57,039 nucleotides of DNA from Chiloscyllium plagiosum (GCF_004010195.1 NC_057754.1:10800345-10857383), one strand, 5' to 3'. Shown: positions 13,351 through 25,847, counted from the first letter of the stretch. The notes: generated from the letters alone by a model not told the origin. A program made the numbers and translations.

Positions 13351-14586
13351 TCAGCAAGGAAGTTGACTGAGTGACCGTTTCTCCCCAGTGTGAATTCGCT
13401 CGTGTCTCCGCAGGTGGGATGATTTGGTAAATGCCTTCCCACAATTGGTGCAGGTGAATGGTTTCTCCCCAGTGTGAATTCGCTGGTGTTCCAGCAAGTT
13501 GGACGATGAAGTGAATCTTTTTCCACATTCAGAACAGGTGAATGGTCTCGCCCCAGTGTGAACTCGCTGGTGTTCCAGTAGTTTAGTTGAGCAAATGAAT
13601 CCTTTTCCACATTGAGAACAGGTGAATGGTCTCTCCCCAGTGTGAATTCGCTGGTGTTTCAGCAAGCTGGATGTTGAAGTGAATCCCTTCCCACACTGGG
13701 AGCAGATGAACGGTCTCTCCCCAGTGTGAACTCCCTGGTGTTCCAACAGTTTCGACGACTGAGTGAACCCTTTCCCACACACGGAGCAAGTGAATGGTCT
13801 CTCCCCAGTGTGAAGTCGCTGGTGTACCTGCAGGTTGGATGACGAAGAGAATCCCTTTCCACAATCACAGCAAATGAATGGTCTCTCCCCAGTGTGAACT
13901 CTCTGATGTATCTGCAGGCTGGATGATGAAGTGAATGACTTTTCACAATTGGAGCAGGTGAATGGTCTCTCCCCAGTGTGAATCCGCTGGTGTATCTGCA
14001 GGATAGACGATCGAGTAAATCCCTTTCCACAATCGGAGCAGGTGAACGGCCTCTCCCCAGTGTGAACCCGCTGGTGCATCAGCAGGCTGGATGACCAAGT
14101 GAATCCTTTCCCACAATCGGAGCAGGTGAATGGTCTCTCCCCAGTGTGAATTCGCTGGTGTGTCTGCAGGCTGGATAACTGCACAAATCCTTTTCCACAC
14201 TCTGAACACATGAATGGTCTGTCCCCAGAATGAACTTCCTGGTCTGTCAGCAGGTTGGATGAGTGTGCAAATGTCTCCCCCCAATCGGAGCAGGTGAATG
14301 GTCTCTCTCCGGTGTGAACCGGTTGGTCTATCTGCAGGTCGGATGACAGAGTGAATCCCTTCTCACAATCAAAACAGATGAATGGCTTCTCCCCAGTGTG
14401 ACTGTTTTCATGAGTTTCCAGATGGGATGGATAAAAAAATCCTTTCCCACAATCTCCACATATTAACAGTGTCTCCCCAGTGTGACTGCACTGGCCTTTG
14501 GACATTTCAGATGAAACTTCACAGATGCTTCCACACACACATGATGTGTGTTTCTCTCCAGTGTGAACAGTGCATTTTCCTTCCAT
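13351..14586 (-). CDS. Tandem C2H2 zinc-finger protein (11 canonical plus 2 degenerate fingers)
   Basis: Open ORF from ATG at 14586 (MEGK...) with CxxC-x12-HxxxH fingers and TGERPF linkers. Candidate splice acceptor TTTTCATTTGCAG ending at 14655. Confidence 0.88.
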   Translation of the reverse strand: MEGKCTVHTGEKHTSCVCGSICEVSSEMSKGQCSHTGETLLICGDCGKGFFYPSHLETHENSHTGEKPFICFDCEKGFTLSSDLQIDQPVHTGERPFTCSDWGETFAHSSNLLTDQEVHSGDRPFMCSECGKGFVQLSSLQTHQRIHTGERPFTCSDCGKGFTWSSSLLMHQRVHTGERPFTCSDCGKGFTRSSILQIHQRIHTGERPFTCSNCEKSFTSSSSLQIHQRVHTGERPFICCDCGKGFSSSSNLQVHQRLHTGERPFTCSVCGKGFTQSSKLLEHQGVHTGERPFICSQCGKGFTSTSSLLKHQRIHTGERPFTCSQCGKGFICSTKLLEHQRVHTGARPFTCSECGKRFTSSSNLLEHQRIHTGEKPFTCTNCGKAFTKSSHLRRHERIHTGEKRSLSQLPC

Positions 14587-14929
14587 GTTCAAAACTGGTT
14601 ATGATAAACACAGTGACTGTTGGATCTGGATGTGGTTTAATTTGAAGTCTCTAACTGCAAATGAAAAATTTTCAAACAGAAAACAAGTGTATTAGGAGAA
14701 ACCAGAAGAACACAGCTTGTGAAACTGAGAGAAGTTCTGGTCAGTTGTGGAGATGACACGGAGGGAAAATGCTGGACTACCATTAAAATCAACTCATTCA
14801 CAAATCTTCTTCAGGGAAGCAAACCAGTCAGTGTTTGCACAAAACTACAGGAAGAGATAGACACGAAGGAGTTGCACCTTATAGACCTATAACTCAATCC
14901 TGTTCCTGTTTTCTCTCTTTAATCCCTCT

Positions 14930-15430
14930 GAAGGGCTACGAACAAGTGCAGAGTTCCTTGAAAGTGGAGTTGCAGGTAGACAGGACAGTGAAAAAAGCAT
15001 TTGGCATGCGTGCCTACATTGGTCAGTGCACTGAGTACAGGAGTTGGAAAGTCCTGTTACACTGGTATGAGACATTGGCTCAGCCAATTTTGGAATACTG
15101 AGTTCAGTTCTAGCCTCCCTGCTATAGAAATTAAAAAGTTTGCGTTATAAGGAGAGGCTGCCTGAAGCATCAAAGACCGAGGGATGACCATACAGAAGTT
15201 TGGTCATGAAGGATATTGGTTCAGGTGAATAGTCAAGGTCTTTTTCCCAGGGAATCAAAAAACTAGACTGCATAGGTTTAAGGTGAGAAGGGAAAGCTTT
15301 AAAAGGGACCTCGGGGCAATCGTTCAGTAAAGAAGATGGTGTGTGTAAGGAACGAGCTGCCAGAGGTGGTCGAGGAGGCTGGTACAACATTTAAAAGGCA
15401 ACTGGAGAAATACAGGAATAGAAAGGGTTT
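14930..15430 (+). mobile_element. Degraded CR1 LINE 3' fragment
   Basis: SSLKVELQVDRTVKKAFGM...LAQPILEY and NELPEVVEEAGT motifs. Confidence 0.8.
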
Positions 15431-16065
15431 AATCATAGAATCGAATTTCTACAGCATGGAAGTAGGCCATTCAGCCAATCGAGTCCATACCAACACTCCA
15501 AAGAATGCGCTACCCAGACCCAGACCCAGCCCCTTAGCCTATCCCTGTAATCCTGCATTTCCCTTGGTTAACTCAACTGCACATCTGAGTTGCATGTAGC
15601 ATCTAACCTGTACACTTCTGGACTGTGGGAGAAAACCTGAGTGAAACCTATGCAGACATGAGAGTGTGCCAACAGTAGCGCGCTGGAAGCGAACCCACAT
15701 CTGAGACAACAGTGCTAATCATTGAGCCAACATGCCACCCCACCATGCCACTTTGAGAGATATAGGCCAAATTCTGAGAAATGGACGAGATCGATTTCTG
15801 CCTTGGGTGATTGAGAAGAGTTTGCACATTCTCTCCATATCTGCGTGGGCTTCCTCTGGGTGCCTCCGGTTACCTCCCACAATCCAAAGATGTGCAGGTC
15901 AGGTGAATTGACCATGCTCAATTGTCCATTGTGTTAGGTGCATTAGTCAGGGATTAGTTTAGGGTATGGGAATGGGTCTGGTTGGGTCACTATTCGGAGG
16001 GTGGTGTGGCTTTGTTGGGCTGAAGGGCCTGTTTCATATTGTTGGGAATCTAATTTAATTAATTT
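15430..16065. mobile_element. Two degenerate HE1-like SINEs in opposite orientation (15430-15740 minus, 15795-16065 plus)
   Basis: Similarity to the intact SINE core GAGTTTGCACATTCTC...TCCAAAGATGTGCAGGTCAGGTGAATTG. Confidence 0.7.
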
Positions 16066-16799
16066 AGAACATTTAATCAGCATAAATGAGTTGGACTGAA
16101 GAATGTGTTTCCGATACTAAAACAGAAAACGCTGGTGTTACTCAGCATCTGAAATGGTGTCAGATGCTCGAACCATTGCAAACTTGAAGGCACTACAATG
16201 CAGGTTACACACTGAATGCTAGAAAATGGGACTAGAGCAAATACCTGCTTGATGACTAGAGTGGATATGATGGGGACATTACGTTCTGCAATTTTATGTC
16301 AGAGACTCCGACTCCATTTTGTTTTGTGTTTCGCTGTGACTCTCTTTTCGTAAGCAGACAGGAGTGGCAAGCAGTGAAGAATGGAAGTGATACATTGGCC
16401 TTCATAAAGGCATTATTTGAGTACAAGAGCAGGGATATCTTTCTGTGAGGACTCTGGTGTGACCACACCTGGAGTATTGTGTGCACCTTTGTTCTCCTTT
16501 CCTGGGGAAGAATGTCCTGGCTATTGAGATAATGTAAAGAAGATTCACCAGACCGATTCCTAGGATGTCACCCACTGATGTATGGGGAGAATCTCGATCC
16601 TTTTTAATCCTCCTTTCTTTTGTCTCTGAGTGTATCACTAATTAATATTCTACCTCCCATTTCCTGATCTGCAACTGACCCATCTAAGCTTACACTTTGG
16701 TTCCCATTCCCAGCCATACCAGTTTAATACCTCGCCAAAGGAACTAGCAGAAGCCCCCAAGAGATGATGTCCTAGCTCTGCCCAGGGGCAACCAGTCAT

Positions 16800-17160
16800 A
16801 GATATCATAGAAACCCTACAGTGTAGAAACAGGCCATTTGGCCAATAAGTCCATACAGACTCTGGGAACAGCATTCTACCCAGACTCTCACCCTACCCTA
16901 TCCCTGTAACCCTGCAATACACATAGTTAATCCATCTAACCTACACATCCCTGGACACTACAGGCAATTTACCATGGGCAATCCACCTAACCTGCACACC
17001 TTTGGACTTTGGGAGGAAACCAGAGCACCCAGAGGAAACCCACGCAGACACGGAGAGAATGTGCAAATTCCATACAGACAATCGCCTGAGGCTGGATTGG
17101 AACCTGGGCCCCTAATGCTGTGAGGCAGCAGTGCTAACCACTGAGTCACTGTGCTGTCCC
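16800..17160 (-). mobile_element. HE1-like SINE
   Basis: A-box and B-box head at the 17160 end, SINE core, CR1-like tail near 16800. Confidence 0.85.
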
Positions 17161-17975
17161 AAGATCTGTACAGGTCCTAACTCCTACAGAAATGATCCCA
17201 ATGCCTCAGGAATCTAAACATTTCACTGGTACACCAGCTTGCATTCATTTGACCCATCCTCTTATACCGGCTGTTGCTAGCATGTGGCACAGAGAGTAAA
17301 TCAGAGATTATTACATTAAAAAACAGAGCTGAAATGTGTCCTATTTTCCTATATTCAGCTTTCAGGCCCTCATCCTTTTGCTTAATTATGTCATTGGTAC
17401 CTATATGTTCCACAACCACTGGCTATTCGTGCTCCAGCTTCACAGTGTCCTGCAGCTACTCCATGCTATCCCTGATGCTGGCATATACTATCCTGGATTC
17501 ATCTCAATGGCCACAGAAGTGCCGGGCTGGATCTCTGACTGTTGAATGCCTGTCACTGTACCCCTGCCACCCTTTTTCCTCCCATTCTGGTGCCATGAAC
17601 TTGACTATTGCTAATTTCCCAAGAGGCCACCCCCAAACATAAGTATCTTAAAAAGTACATGTTTTTGAGAGGAAAATGACCACTGGGGACTCCTGCATTT
17701 CCTTCCTGAGCGTCTTACTTTATCTGATGCTCACCTATTGCCATTTGCCTATGTAATTCTCACCTGCGGTATGACCATCTCACTAAATGTGCTATCCATG
17801 ACATTCTCAATATTGTGGATGCTTTACAGTGAGCCCACCCACACCTCCAACTCTGAAAAGCAGTTAGCCAGTAGCCACAGATAGACACACTTTCTGCACA
17901 CATAGCCATCAGCAACACAAGCAGCACCCCTTAATTCCCATATTGTGTGCAAGAGGAACACACGAGGTGTATGAG
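17160..17975 (-). mobile_element. CR1 LINE ORF1 remnant (SGNH esterase and N-terminal Cys motif)
   Basis: VVEHIGTNDI...VIISDLLSVP...FRFLRHWDHF is typical of the CR1 ORF1 esterase. VCSSC near 17960. Confidence 0.75.
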
Positions 17976-18322
17976 GTCTTCTGTCATGACTTTTCTGTAC
18001 AATAAGCTTGTTACTCTCTTTTCAGAGAATTCAATTGAGCTTGGGATCTTCCTTCGTTTCAAAGATTTCTATTATATTCAAATGCTCCTACTTGTATTTC
18101 AGGCATATATTACACTTTTAAAAGCTCAAAGATAATACTCTGCACGTATCACTTACCAATTGGTTGTTTTGATTGGGCCCGTGTCACATTCTGTACTGCC
18201 CAGGCTCAGACTGAACACTGCATTCAGTCTTGCAACTTGACCTTCTGTATATCTCACCTCACTGTCTGTTTTCACCCAACTCCAAAGCACTCTGACTGAA
18301 CCATGCAACGCTCACAATACAG

Positions 18323-18537
18323 GTAAAAACAATGACTGCAGATGCTGGAAACCAGATTCTGGATTAGTGGTGCTGGAAGAGCACAGCAGTTCAGGCAGCA
18401 TCCGAGGAGCAGTAAAATCAACGTTTCGGGCAAAAGCCCTTCATCAGGATGAAAGGCTTTTGCCCAAAACGTCGATATTACTGCTCCTCAGATGCTGCCT
18501 GAACTGCTGTGCTCTTCCAGCACCACTAATCCAGAAA
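18323..18537. mobile_element. ~215-bp fold-back Penelope-terminus element with hammerhead core
   Basis: Long inverted arms centred near 18448. 16-bp TSD AACGCTCACAATACAG at 18307-18322 and 18538-18553. Confidence 0.85.
18416..18450 (-). ncRNA. Minimal type I hammerhead ribozyme motif
   Basis: Minus strand: AUC-CUGAUGA-A-GGGC-UUUU-GCCC-GAAA-CG-U-U-GAU. Core boxes, helix II, palindromic ACGU helix III and AUC/GAU helix I are present. Confidence 0.75.
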
Positions 18538-19199
18538 AACGCTCACAATACAGCCTTTTCATTTTAATGATCTGTTCACATCCACTCTGACCTCAGCCTC
18601 CTGTACTGTTCTAATGCAGCTCAATGGGAGCTGAGGAAATAGCATCTCAACTTTCAATTCACCACTTCATAACGCTTCGGACTTAAGGATCTGGATCATT
18701 TCACCTGAAAGGATGCTGTCACACAAGTCCATAGGGAATTTTAAAAGTAGGTTTGCAGGTATGAGAATAAGGAATTTAAGGTTAAAAGTATGAAGGGGGT
18801 GACTGAGACGAAATTCTGTCAAGGAGACGAGGTGTTATTTGGATAAATCTATGCTCCTGTTAGACCAATATCTACTTCCTCAGATGCAGAGCCCAGAACT
18901 GAACACACCCCAGGGGTGATCAAACCACAAATGTCAACACGATGGCTGTTTTCGAGTTGCAAACCTATCGGTCATATTTGGGAACAGAGAGAACAGACAA
19001 ACCTTTTTCCTTCCACAGTTAAATGCCAATGATATTCAGATCCTGATGACTCCTCTGTCAGAGCATGTTTTGAGATCCCAGTCTGCACAATTTTCTCAAT
19101 TAATAACCTGTAAACGAACTCACAAAAGAAGATTCACTATTGGTCCAGGACGGAAACTTAGAAAAGACGAACATTTCTCCTGATTTCAGTTTACTATGT

Positions 19200-19620
19200 A
19201 AATACTGCTCTTCAAATCGCCCCGTCCCTCCGCACAAGAATCACGTGCACTGTTGCACCTTGCCCCCAATAAAGATGGCGGCGATAACAGGGGCCTATCA
19301 CCGCCTTCGGCCTACAGCCGTTATCCCGTTTTGCTGCAAACGCGCTTCGGCGAGTTTTTGATTCCGGTTTGGCGGCCTACATCAGGTGTTGATAAAACCT
19401 CTCAGTTCAGACTCACTCAGTTTTTCTTCCGTATTCGCTGATTCTCCCAGTTTTCCCGTCACCACCTTCCGCACTCACTCGAGCGCCAGTTACAGCAGCA
19501 CTGCGCCGGCAGCTCCACAGGTCACGTGTCGACTCGCCCGCCCCGCCCCTCATTCGCTCCCAATGGTTGGAGGACCAGCCGGTGCCGCTAGTCCCGCCCA
19601 CCCCCTTCTTATTGGTTATG
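19200..19620 (-). promoter_or_regulatory. CpG-rich promoter / non-coding first exon candidate for a ZNF unit
   Basis: CpG enrichment. YY1-type AAGATGGCGGC 19272-19282, E-box GTCACGTG 19521-19528, GC boxes 19536-19549, CCAAT ~19560 and ATTGG 19611. Minus-strand donors GTGAGT at 19416 and 19478. Confidence 0.65.
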
Positions 19621-21040
19621 GTTTGGAGGAGCAGGTGATGGACTTGGGTGGACAAAGTTAAAAATCACACAATACCAGGTTATAGTCCAACGGGTTTATT
19701 TGGAAGCACTGCTTTTTCATGAGGTGCTTGTGAAGCAGGACTATAAAACACAGAACTTTGCATCAAAAGATTACAGTGTCATGGAGCTGAAATGATATAT
19801 TGAACAAACCTAGACTAAGTATTTAATCTTTTAGAATGGGTTTGCTGGTTTCGTTAATATGTAAACCCCAGAACTCCTTTTAAGTCACATTCTCAAGATA
19901 ACAAGATTTTATAACGTAAGGTGCCATCTCAGCTCTGACAATGCATTGGAGGTGTGAGGTTAATGTCTGTCCCTATCCCAATCTTGTGTCAGACTGGTGG
20001 AATTTACAAAATATTACATGGATTGACTGCCTGCAAGTTATGTATTTTTTGAGCAAAATAGATTGTATCTGCAAATACAAATTCACCCCATAAACTTGTG
20101 TTGTGTGTGCATGTGAGTGTGAAATTTAGCATCACACCTAACCTGCACATCTTTGGACTGTGGGAGGCAACCCACACAGACACAGGGAGAATGTGCAAAC
20201 TCGATACTGACAATCGCTCAAGGTTGGAATTGAATCTGGGTCCCTGATGCTGTGAGGCAGCAGTACTAAGCACAGTCACTGAGCCACATCAACTAGCCAC
20301 AAAAAGACATAATCCACTATCACTAGTATCCTTACATACAAATGAGGAAGGACACTACTTTAACTGGATTAGTGGTGCTGGAAGAGCGTGGCAGTTCAGG
20401 CAGCATCCAAGGAGCTTCAAAATCGATGATTTCGAAGCTTTTTGGATGTTGCCTGAACTGCTGTGCTCTTCCAGCACCACTATTCCAGAATCTGGTTTCC
20501 AGCATCTGTAGTCATTGTTTTTACTACTTTAAGTGGGATAACACATCCATCCGCGGACAAGCCAAATAGAGCATGCACAATTCCTAGAAGCATAGCATCC
20601 AACTGGACCTCTATGAACAAACACATCAATTCGGACCCCGTCTACCACCCTCTGAAATAAAAGAACTGGAAATGACATCACCAACCCAAGGAAACCTAAA
20701 TACACAAATAGAAAGCAGGGCATAACACCAGAATTTCACTGGAGGCTCACTGATGATGTTATCTAGTATGGTGAGGAAATGTCTGCAAATGAACCTTCCA
20801 GCTCAGTGAGCAAACTTACATCCAAGACTTAGTTTAGGTTTGTTAGGTGAATTGGCTATGCTGTAAGTAATCTAATCTAATCTAATCATATCATTTGAGC
20901 TGCATGACACTAATTTTTTGCTATAAATTCTGTGTCTTACAGTCCTGCTTCACAACCACCTGATGAAGAAGCATCACTTCGAAAGGTAATGCTTCCAAAT
21001 AAACCTGTTGGACTATAACCTGGTGTTGTCTGATTTTTAA
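19619..21040. mobile_element. Inverted-arm Penelope-terminus element with nested SINE (~20120-20290), hairpin insert (~20364-20522) and Poseidon-like Penelope 3' end (~20530-20825)
   Basis: Arms AAAAATCACACAATACCAGGTTATAGTCCAAC / GTTGGACTATAACCTGGTGTTG. Imperfect TSD CTTCTTATTGGTTA / CTTCCTATTGGTCA. Inner TSD ACTACTTTAA. SMNKHINSDPVYHPL resembles a GIY-YIG C-terminus. Confidence 0.75.
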
Positions 21041-22149
21041 CTTCCTATTGGTCACTGACCTGCTGTCAATCAGCCAGGCCCCATTGTGAGGTGAGTGGTG
21101 GGATCCTCCCTCTCTCTGCCCTGGGATAAGCTTCATCATTCACAGTGAACGGTATTGTATCACAGAGGACAGGGGCCCCATTGGGGCTGTACTCTCACTT
21201 GAGAATCGCTGCAAATCTATCCCAACTCTTGACCATCTCCCACCAATCTTTCCTTAAAAAGTTAAATTACAAATCAATAGCTGAATCTGCATCCAGCTGC
21301 TGTTCAGACTGTTCCAGATTCTCAGAACTTCACATTTATACCCTGCATTATTTGCCAATTGCCCAAAAGCTCTGTTCAGTGGTTATCAAACATTGTGACA
21401 ATATTAATAATGTCTCTCTTTCAAATGAAATATACTGGAAACAAATCTATACCTTGACTAGATCACTGCCTAATGTTCTCAGATCCAAGGAGAACTATCT
21501 GATCGTCTGCTGCCTCCCCGAACAAACCAAAAACTATTTTAATTTTAATGTATTCAGGGATACACTCCTGTGTGTTTATTTGTCAACTAAACTGAAATGA
21601 ATTTCAGATGAAAATAAATAGAGATTCATCAGCTACACACCTATCAACTTCTTCCATATTCCAGAAGGCACCTTACTTTTTTGGTGAACTCCCCAAGTAT
21701 TTTTCTGAAATTCTTATTATCTCAACATGACAGATTTTCATCTGCTGAAAAATATTCAGATGTCTTTTCTGTTACAATCCCTTGAGGGTTAGCTTTATCT
21801 TTATCAGCTATATTTTGTAATTGGACACTGACTGTAATGATGGAAATATCTGAGGAAGGGTCAGCAGACCCAAAACGTTAACTCTGATTTCTCTTCACAG
21901 ATGCTATCAGACCTGTTGAACTTTTCCAGCAATTTGTTTTTGTTTCTGATTTACATTTACAATTCATTCAGTTTTATTAGAAATATCAAATTGACTTGAC
22001 TTTTATGGTAATTTATCTAGTCTCAGTTTCTCGTTGACTAACATGACAAACAGAACTGCTCTTAGTATTCCACCTGTGCTTGAAATCTCCAGCATAATCT
22101 CCCGAGTGATATTCTATATTCAACAAAGTGCCTTACTGATTTCCTTAGT

Positions 22150-22655
22150 GAATTGAATTGAATTTATTGTCACGTGTACAGAGGCACAGTGAAAAGCTTT
22201 GTCTTGCGAGCAATACAGGCAGATCATAGAGTTAAGTAGCATAGATAGTAAATAATAGGTAAACAGCGGCAAAAACAAAAACACAGGCACAGGCTAATTT
22301 TAAGAGTTTGTGAGTCCATTCAGTATTCTAACAACAGTCGGGTAGAAACTGTTTCGAAACTGGCTGGTACATGTGTTCAGGCTTCTGACCTTATTCCTGA
22401 TGGTAGAGGTTGTAGTAAAGCATTGCCAGGGTGGGATGAATGGATCTTTGAGAATGCTGGCGGCCTTTCCTTGACAGCAGGCCTGGTAGATGGATTCTGA
22501 TGATGGGAGGCTGGCCTTTGTGATTGTCTGGGCCAAGTTCACCACTCTCTGTAACCATCTCCGATCTTGAATGGTACAGTTGCCATACCAGGTAGTGATA
22601 TATCCAGACAGAATGCTCTCGATGGTGCACCTATAAAAGTTGGCAAGGGTATTCC
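22150..22655 (-). mobile_element. Rex1/Babar LINE 3' fragment
   Basis: TIESILSGYITTWYGNCT...LQRVVNLAQTIT...QFRNSFYPTVVRILN, with (TTCAA)n tail at ~22150. Confidence 0.8.
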
Positions 22656-23559
22656 TTATCTACATATGCAGCCACCTTCAAGGATCTGTGGACATCACTC
22701 TGAAATCTCAAAGTTTCTCCACACTTCTCAGTATCTGACCAATTATTGTGCATTTCCTTGCCCTGGAGCACCCCCACACTCCAATGGTCATTATTTCCAG
22801 AATGAATTTGATTGACTATGGTTTTGCCTGTTTCTGTAGTCCATTAACATGTAGTCTGCAGCTTTCTTCCTCACTGTCCACAACTCGTCCAACCTCTGTG
22901 ATATCTACAAACTTCTTCATTATGGCCCCTGCAGTGAAGTCTAAATCCTTGACATATACACCATAAAACTGCAGAACCGCACTGAAAATAGGCAGCCAGA
23001 CAAGGTTCAGTTCATGATGTACTTAACAGCAGACTCCAATTGCTGCTTTTGCAGGTGAAGTTGCTGGTGTCTTAGTAAGGTGTGTGACTGAGCAAATCTT
23101 TTCCCACACATGGAGCAGATGAGCTGTCCGTTCCAAGAATGAATGTGGTGATGTTTCAGTAGATTCTGTTTAATTTAAACCTCTTCTTCCAGTCAGAACA
23201 TTGAAAAGGTCTCTCATCAGTGTGAACAAGTTGAGGTGTCGTGAGATGTGCTGCCTGACCTGCTGTGCTGTTCCAGCAATAAAGTTTCAACTTTGATCTC
23301 CAGCATCTGCAGACCTCACTTTCTCCTGACTGAGAGAATCTCTTGGCACACAGGAAGGAGGGGAACTGTCTGTCCCCTGATGGATCAGAAGGTCAGATAA
23401 ATCAACAAATTCAAGTTGAGCAGTCAGCACAGGAGAATGGCCTTTCACAAGTGTGAACTCAATGGTTTTTCAGCAGGTGGGATAAATGAATGAAGTCTTT
23501 CCCACACACACGGCCGGGGGACAGCCTCTCCCCATTGTGAGTATACTGGTGTTTAAGAA

Positions 23560-25847
23560 TGATTTGGAGATGCCAGTGTCGGACTGGGGTGTATGAAGTT
23601 AAAAATCGCACAGCACCAAGTTATAGTCCAATATGTTTACTTGGAAGTACGAGCTTTTCGAGTGCCGCTCTTCATCAAGTGGTTGTGGAGTACACAATTG
23701 TAAGACAAAGAACTTATAGCAAATTTTTGCAGTGAGATGTAACTGAAATTATACATTGAAAATTACCTAGATTGTTAAGTCTCATATGTTAGAATGACTG
23801 CTTCTTTCATATGTAAATCACAAAACTTATTTTTAAAAAGTTACATTCTCGAGTTAACTGTAACAATTGGTGTCAGCCCAGATAATATGTTAAGATATTG
23901 AAAGTGTTAGCCCCCTGTGTTCCCTGTCTGTTTAGGCTGATTCTAATGTAAAAAGTGAGTTAACAGAGTCTTACATGGATTCATGCAGTTTTTGACCAAA
24001 GTACAATGTAACTCAACAAGTATAAATTCACCCCACAAATTTATATGTGTATGTGTGCATGTGGTTGTGTGTGTGTGCATGTGGTTTTGTGTGTGTGTGT
24101 GTGTGTGTCTGTAGGAGTGTGTGTCTGTAGGAGTGTGTGTGTGTGTCTGTAGGAGTGCGTGTGTGTGTGTGTGTGTGTCTGTAGGAGTGTGTGTNNNNNN
24201 NNNNNNNNNNNNNNNNNNNNNNNNNNNNNNNNNNNNNNNNNNNNNNNNNNNNNNNNNNNNNNNNNNNNNNNNNNNNNNNNNNNNNNNNNNNNNNNNNNNN
24301 NNNNNNNNNNNNNNNNNNNNNNNNNNNNNNNNNNNNGGGGTGGGGAGTGTCTGTTAGAGAATTTATATGTGTGAGAGTGTAAAGTGTTTAAGTCCGTGGG
24401 ATGGTGCATGTGTGAGTGTGGGAGTGTGTGTGTCTGTGGGAGTGTGGGTGTCTGTAGGAGTGTGTGTCAGTGTATAGGAGTGCCTGTGTTTGTGTGTGTG
24501 TGTGTCTGTGAATAGTGCAATGGTGGTCATCTGTGGTGTGACATGAACCCAAGGTCCCGGTTGAGGCCTTCCCTATTGGTACCAAACTTAGCTATCAGCC
24601 TCTGCTCGGCCACTTTTCGCTGCTACCTGTCCCGAAATCCGCCTTGGAGGATGGTCACCTGAAGGTCCAAGGTCGAATGTTCTGGACCGCTGAAGAGTTC
24701 TTCAACTGGGACGGAATACTCCTGTCTGTTGATTGTTGTGAGGTGCCCATTCATCCGTTGCCATAGCCTTTGCTCAGTTTCCCCAATGTGTCATGCCTCA
24801 GGGCATCCTTGCCTGCAGCATATGAGATGGACAACGTTGGCTGAATCGCATGAGTACCTGCCACGTGCATGGTGGGAGGTGTCCCCATGCGTAATGGTGG
24901 TATCTATGTCCACACTCTGACACGTCTTGCAGCGCCTACCGTAACAGGGTTGTATGGAGTTCGGCACCCATAGGGAGGGCTTCAACCAGGAACTTGGGTT
25001 CATGTCACACTACAGATGACCACCATTGCACCACACACACACACACACTCCTATACACAGCCATACTCACACACAATCCTACAGACACAAACACTCCCAC
25101 ACTCTCACAGACTTAGACACTTTACACTCACACACACATATTTACCTCCCACACTCTCACAGACTTAGACACTTTACACTCACACACATATACACTCTCT
25201 CTCACACTCACAACCCCCACCCCAGACAGACAGACAGAGACAGACACACACATAGATTTGTGGGGTGAATTTGTACTTGCCGAGTTACATTGTACTTTGG
25301 TCAAAAACTGCATGAATCCATGTTAACTCAGTTTTTACATTAGAATCAGCCTAAACAGACAGATGTTGTAAGTGTTAGCCCTCTGTGTTCGCTGTCTGTT
25401 TAGGCTGATTCTAATGTAAAAAGTGAGTTAACATGGATTCATGCAGTTTTTGACCAAAGTACAATGTAACTCAACAATGTAACTCAGTTTTTACATTAGA
25501 ATCAGCCTAAACAGACAGCGAACACAGAGGGCTAACACTTACAACATCTTAACATATTATCTGGGCTGACACCAATTGTTACAGTTAATCTGAGAATGTA
25601 ACTTTAAAAAAAAGTTTTGTGATTTACATGTGAAAGAAGTGAAACTATCATGGTCATTCTCACAGATGAGAGACTTAACAAACAATCAAGGTATTTTTCA
25701 ATGTATAATTTCAGTTACATCATACTGTAAACCTTTGCTATAAATTCTGTGAATTACAATTGTGTACTCCACAACTACTTGATGAAGGAGCAGTGCTCCG
25801 ACAGTTAGTTGTTTCAATTAAGTCTGTTGCACTAACCTGGTGTTGTG
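23560..25847 (-). mobile_element. 5'-truncated Penelope-like element (GIY-YIG C-terminus) with inverted terminal repeat
   Basis: Minus strand ~24530-24960: PCYGRRCKTC...YSCDSANVVHLICCRQGCPEA*HIGETEQRL...RMNGH...AEQRLIAKFGT...GLNRDLG. Plus-strand copy of the 3' end starts at ~24960. 13-bp TSD TGGTGTTTAAGAA at 23547-23559 and 25848-25860. Confidence 0.88.
24045..24510. repeat. (GT)n-rich microsatellite inside the Penelope tail, spanning N-gap 24195-24336
   Basis: GTGT runs with CTGTAGGA units. Mirror (CA)n tract at ~25030-25255. Confidence 0.9.

Noticed and set aside
13256..14284. Overlapping alternative-frame ORFs (SHWGETIHL, FTLGRDHS repeats)
   Set aside because: Shadow frames of the zinc-finger repeat.
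13380..14490. 84-bp periodic repeat with conserved GAATGGTCTCTCCCCAGTGTGAA and variable spacers, superficially CRISPR-like
   Set aside because: It is the HTGERPF linker of tandem C2H2 fingers in an open reading frame. The context is eukaryotic with no cas genes.
21145..21600. 151-aa ORF in apparently unique sequence
   Set aside because: GTG start, no recognisable domain, and overlaps LINE-like antisense remnants.
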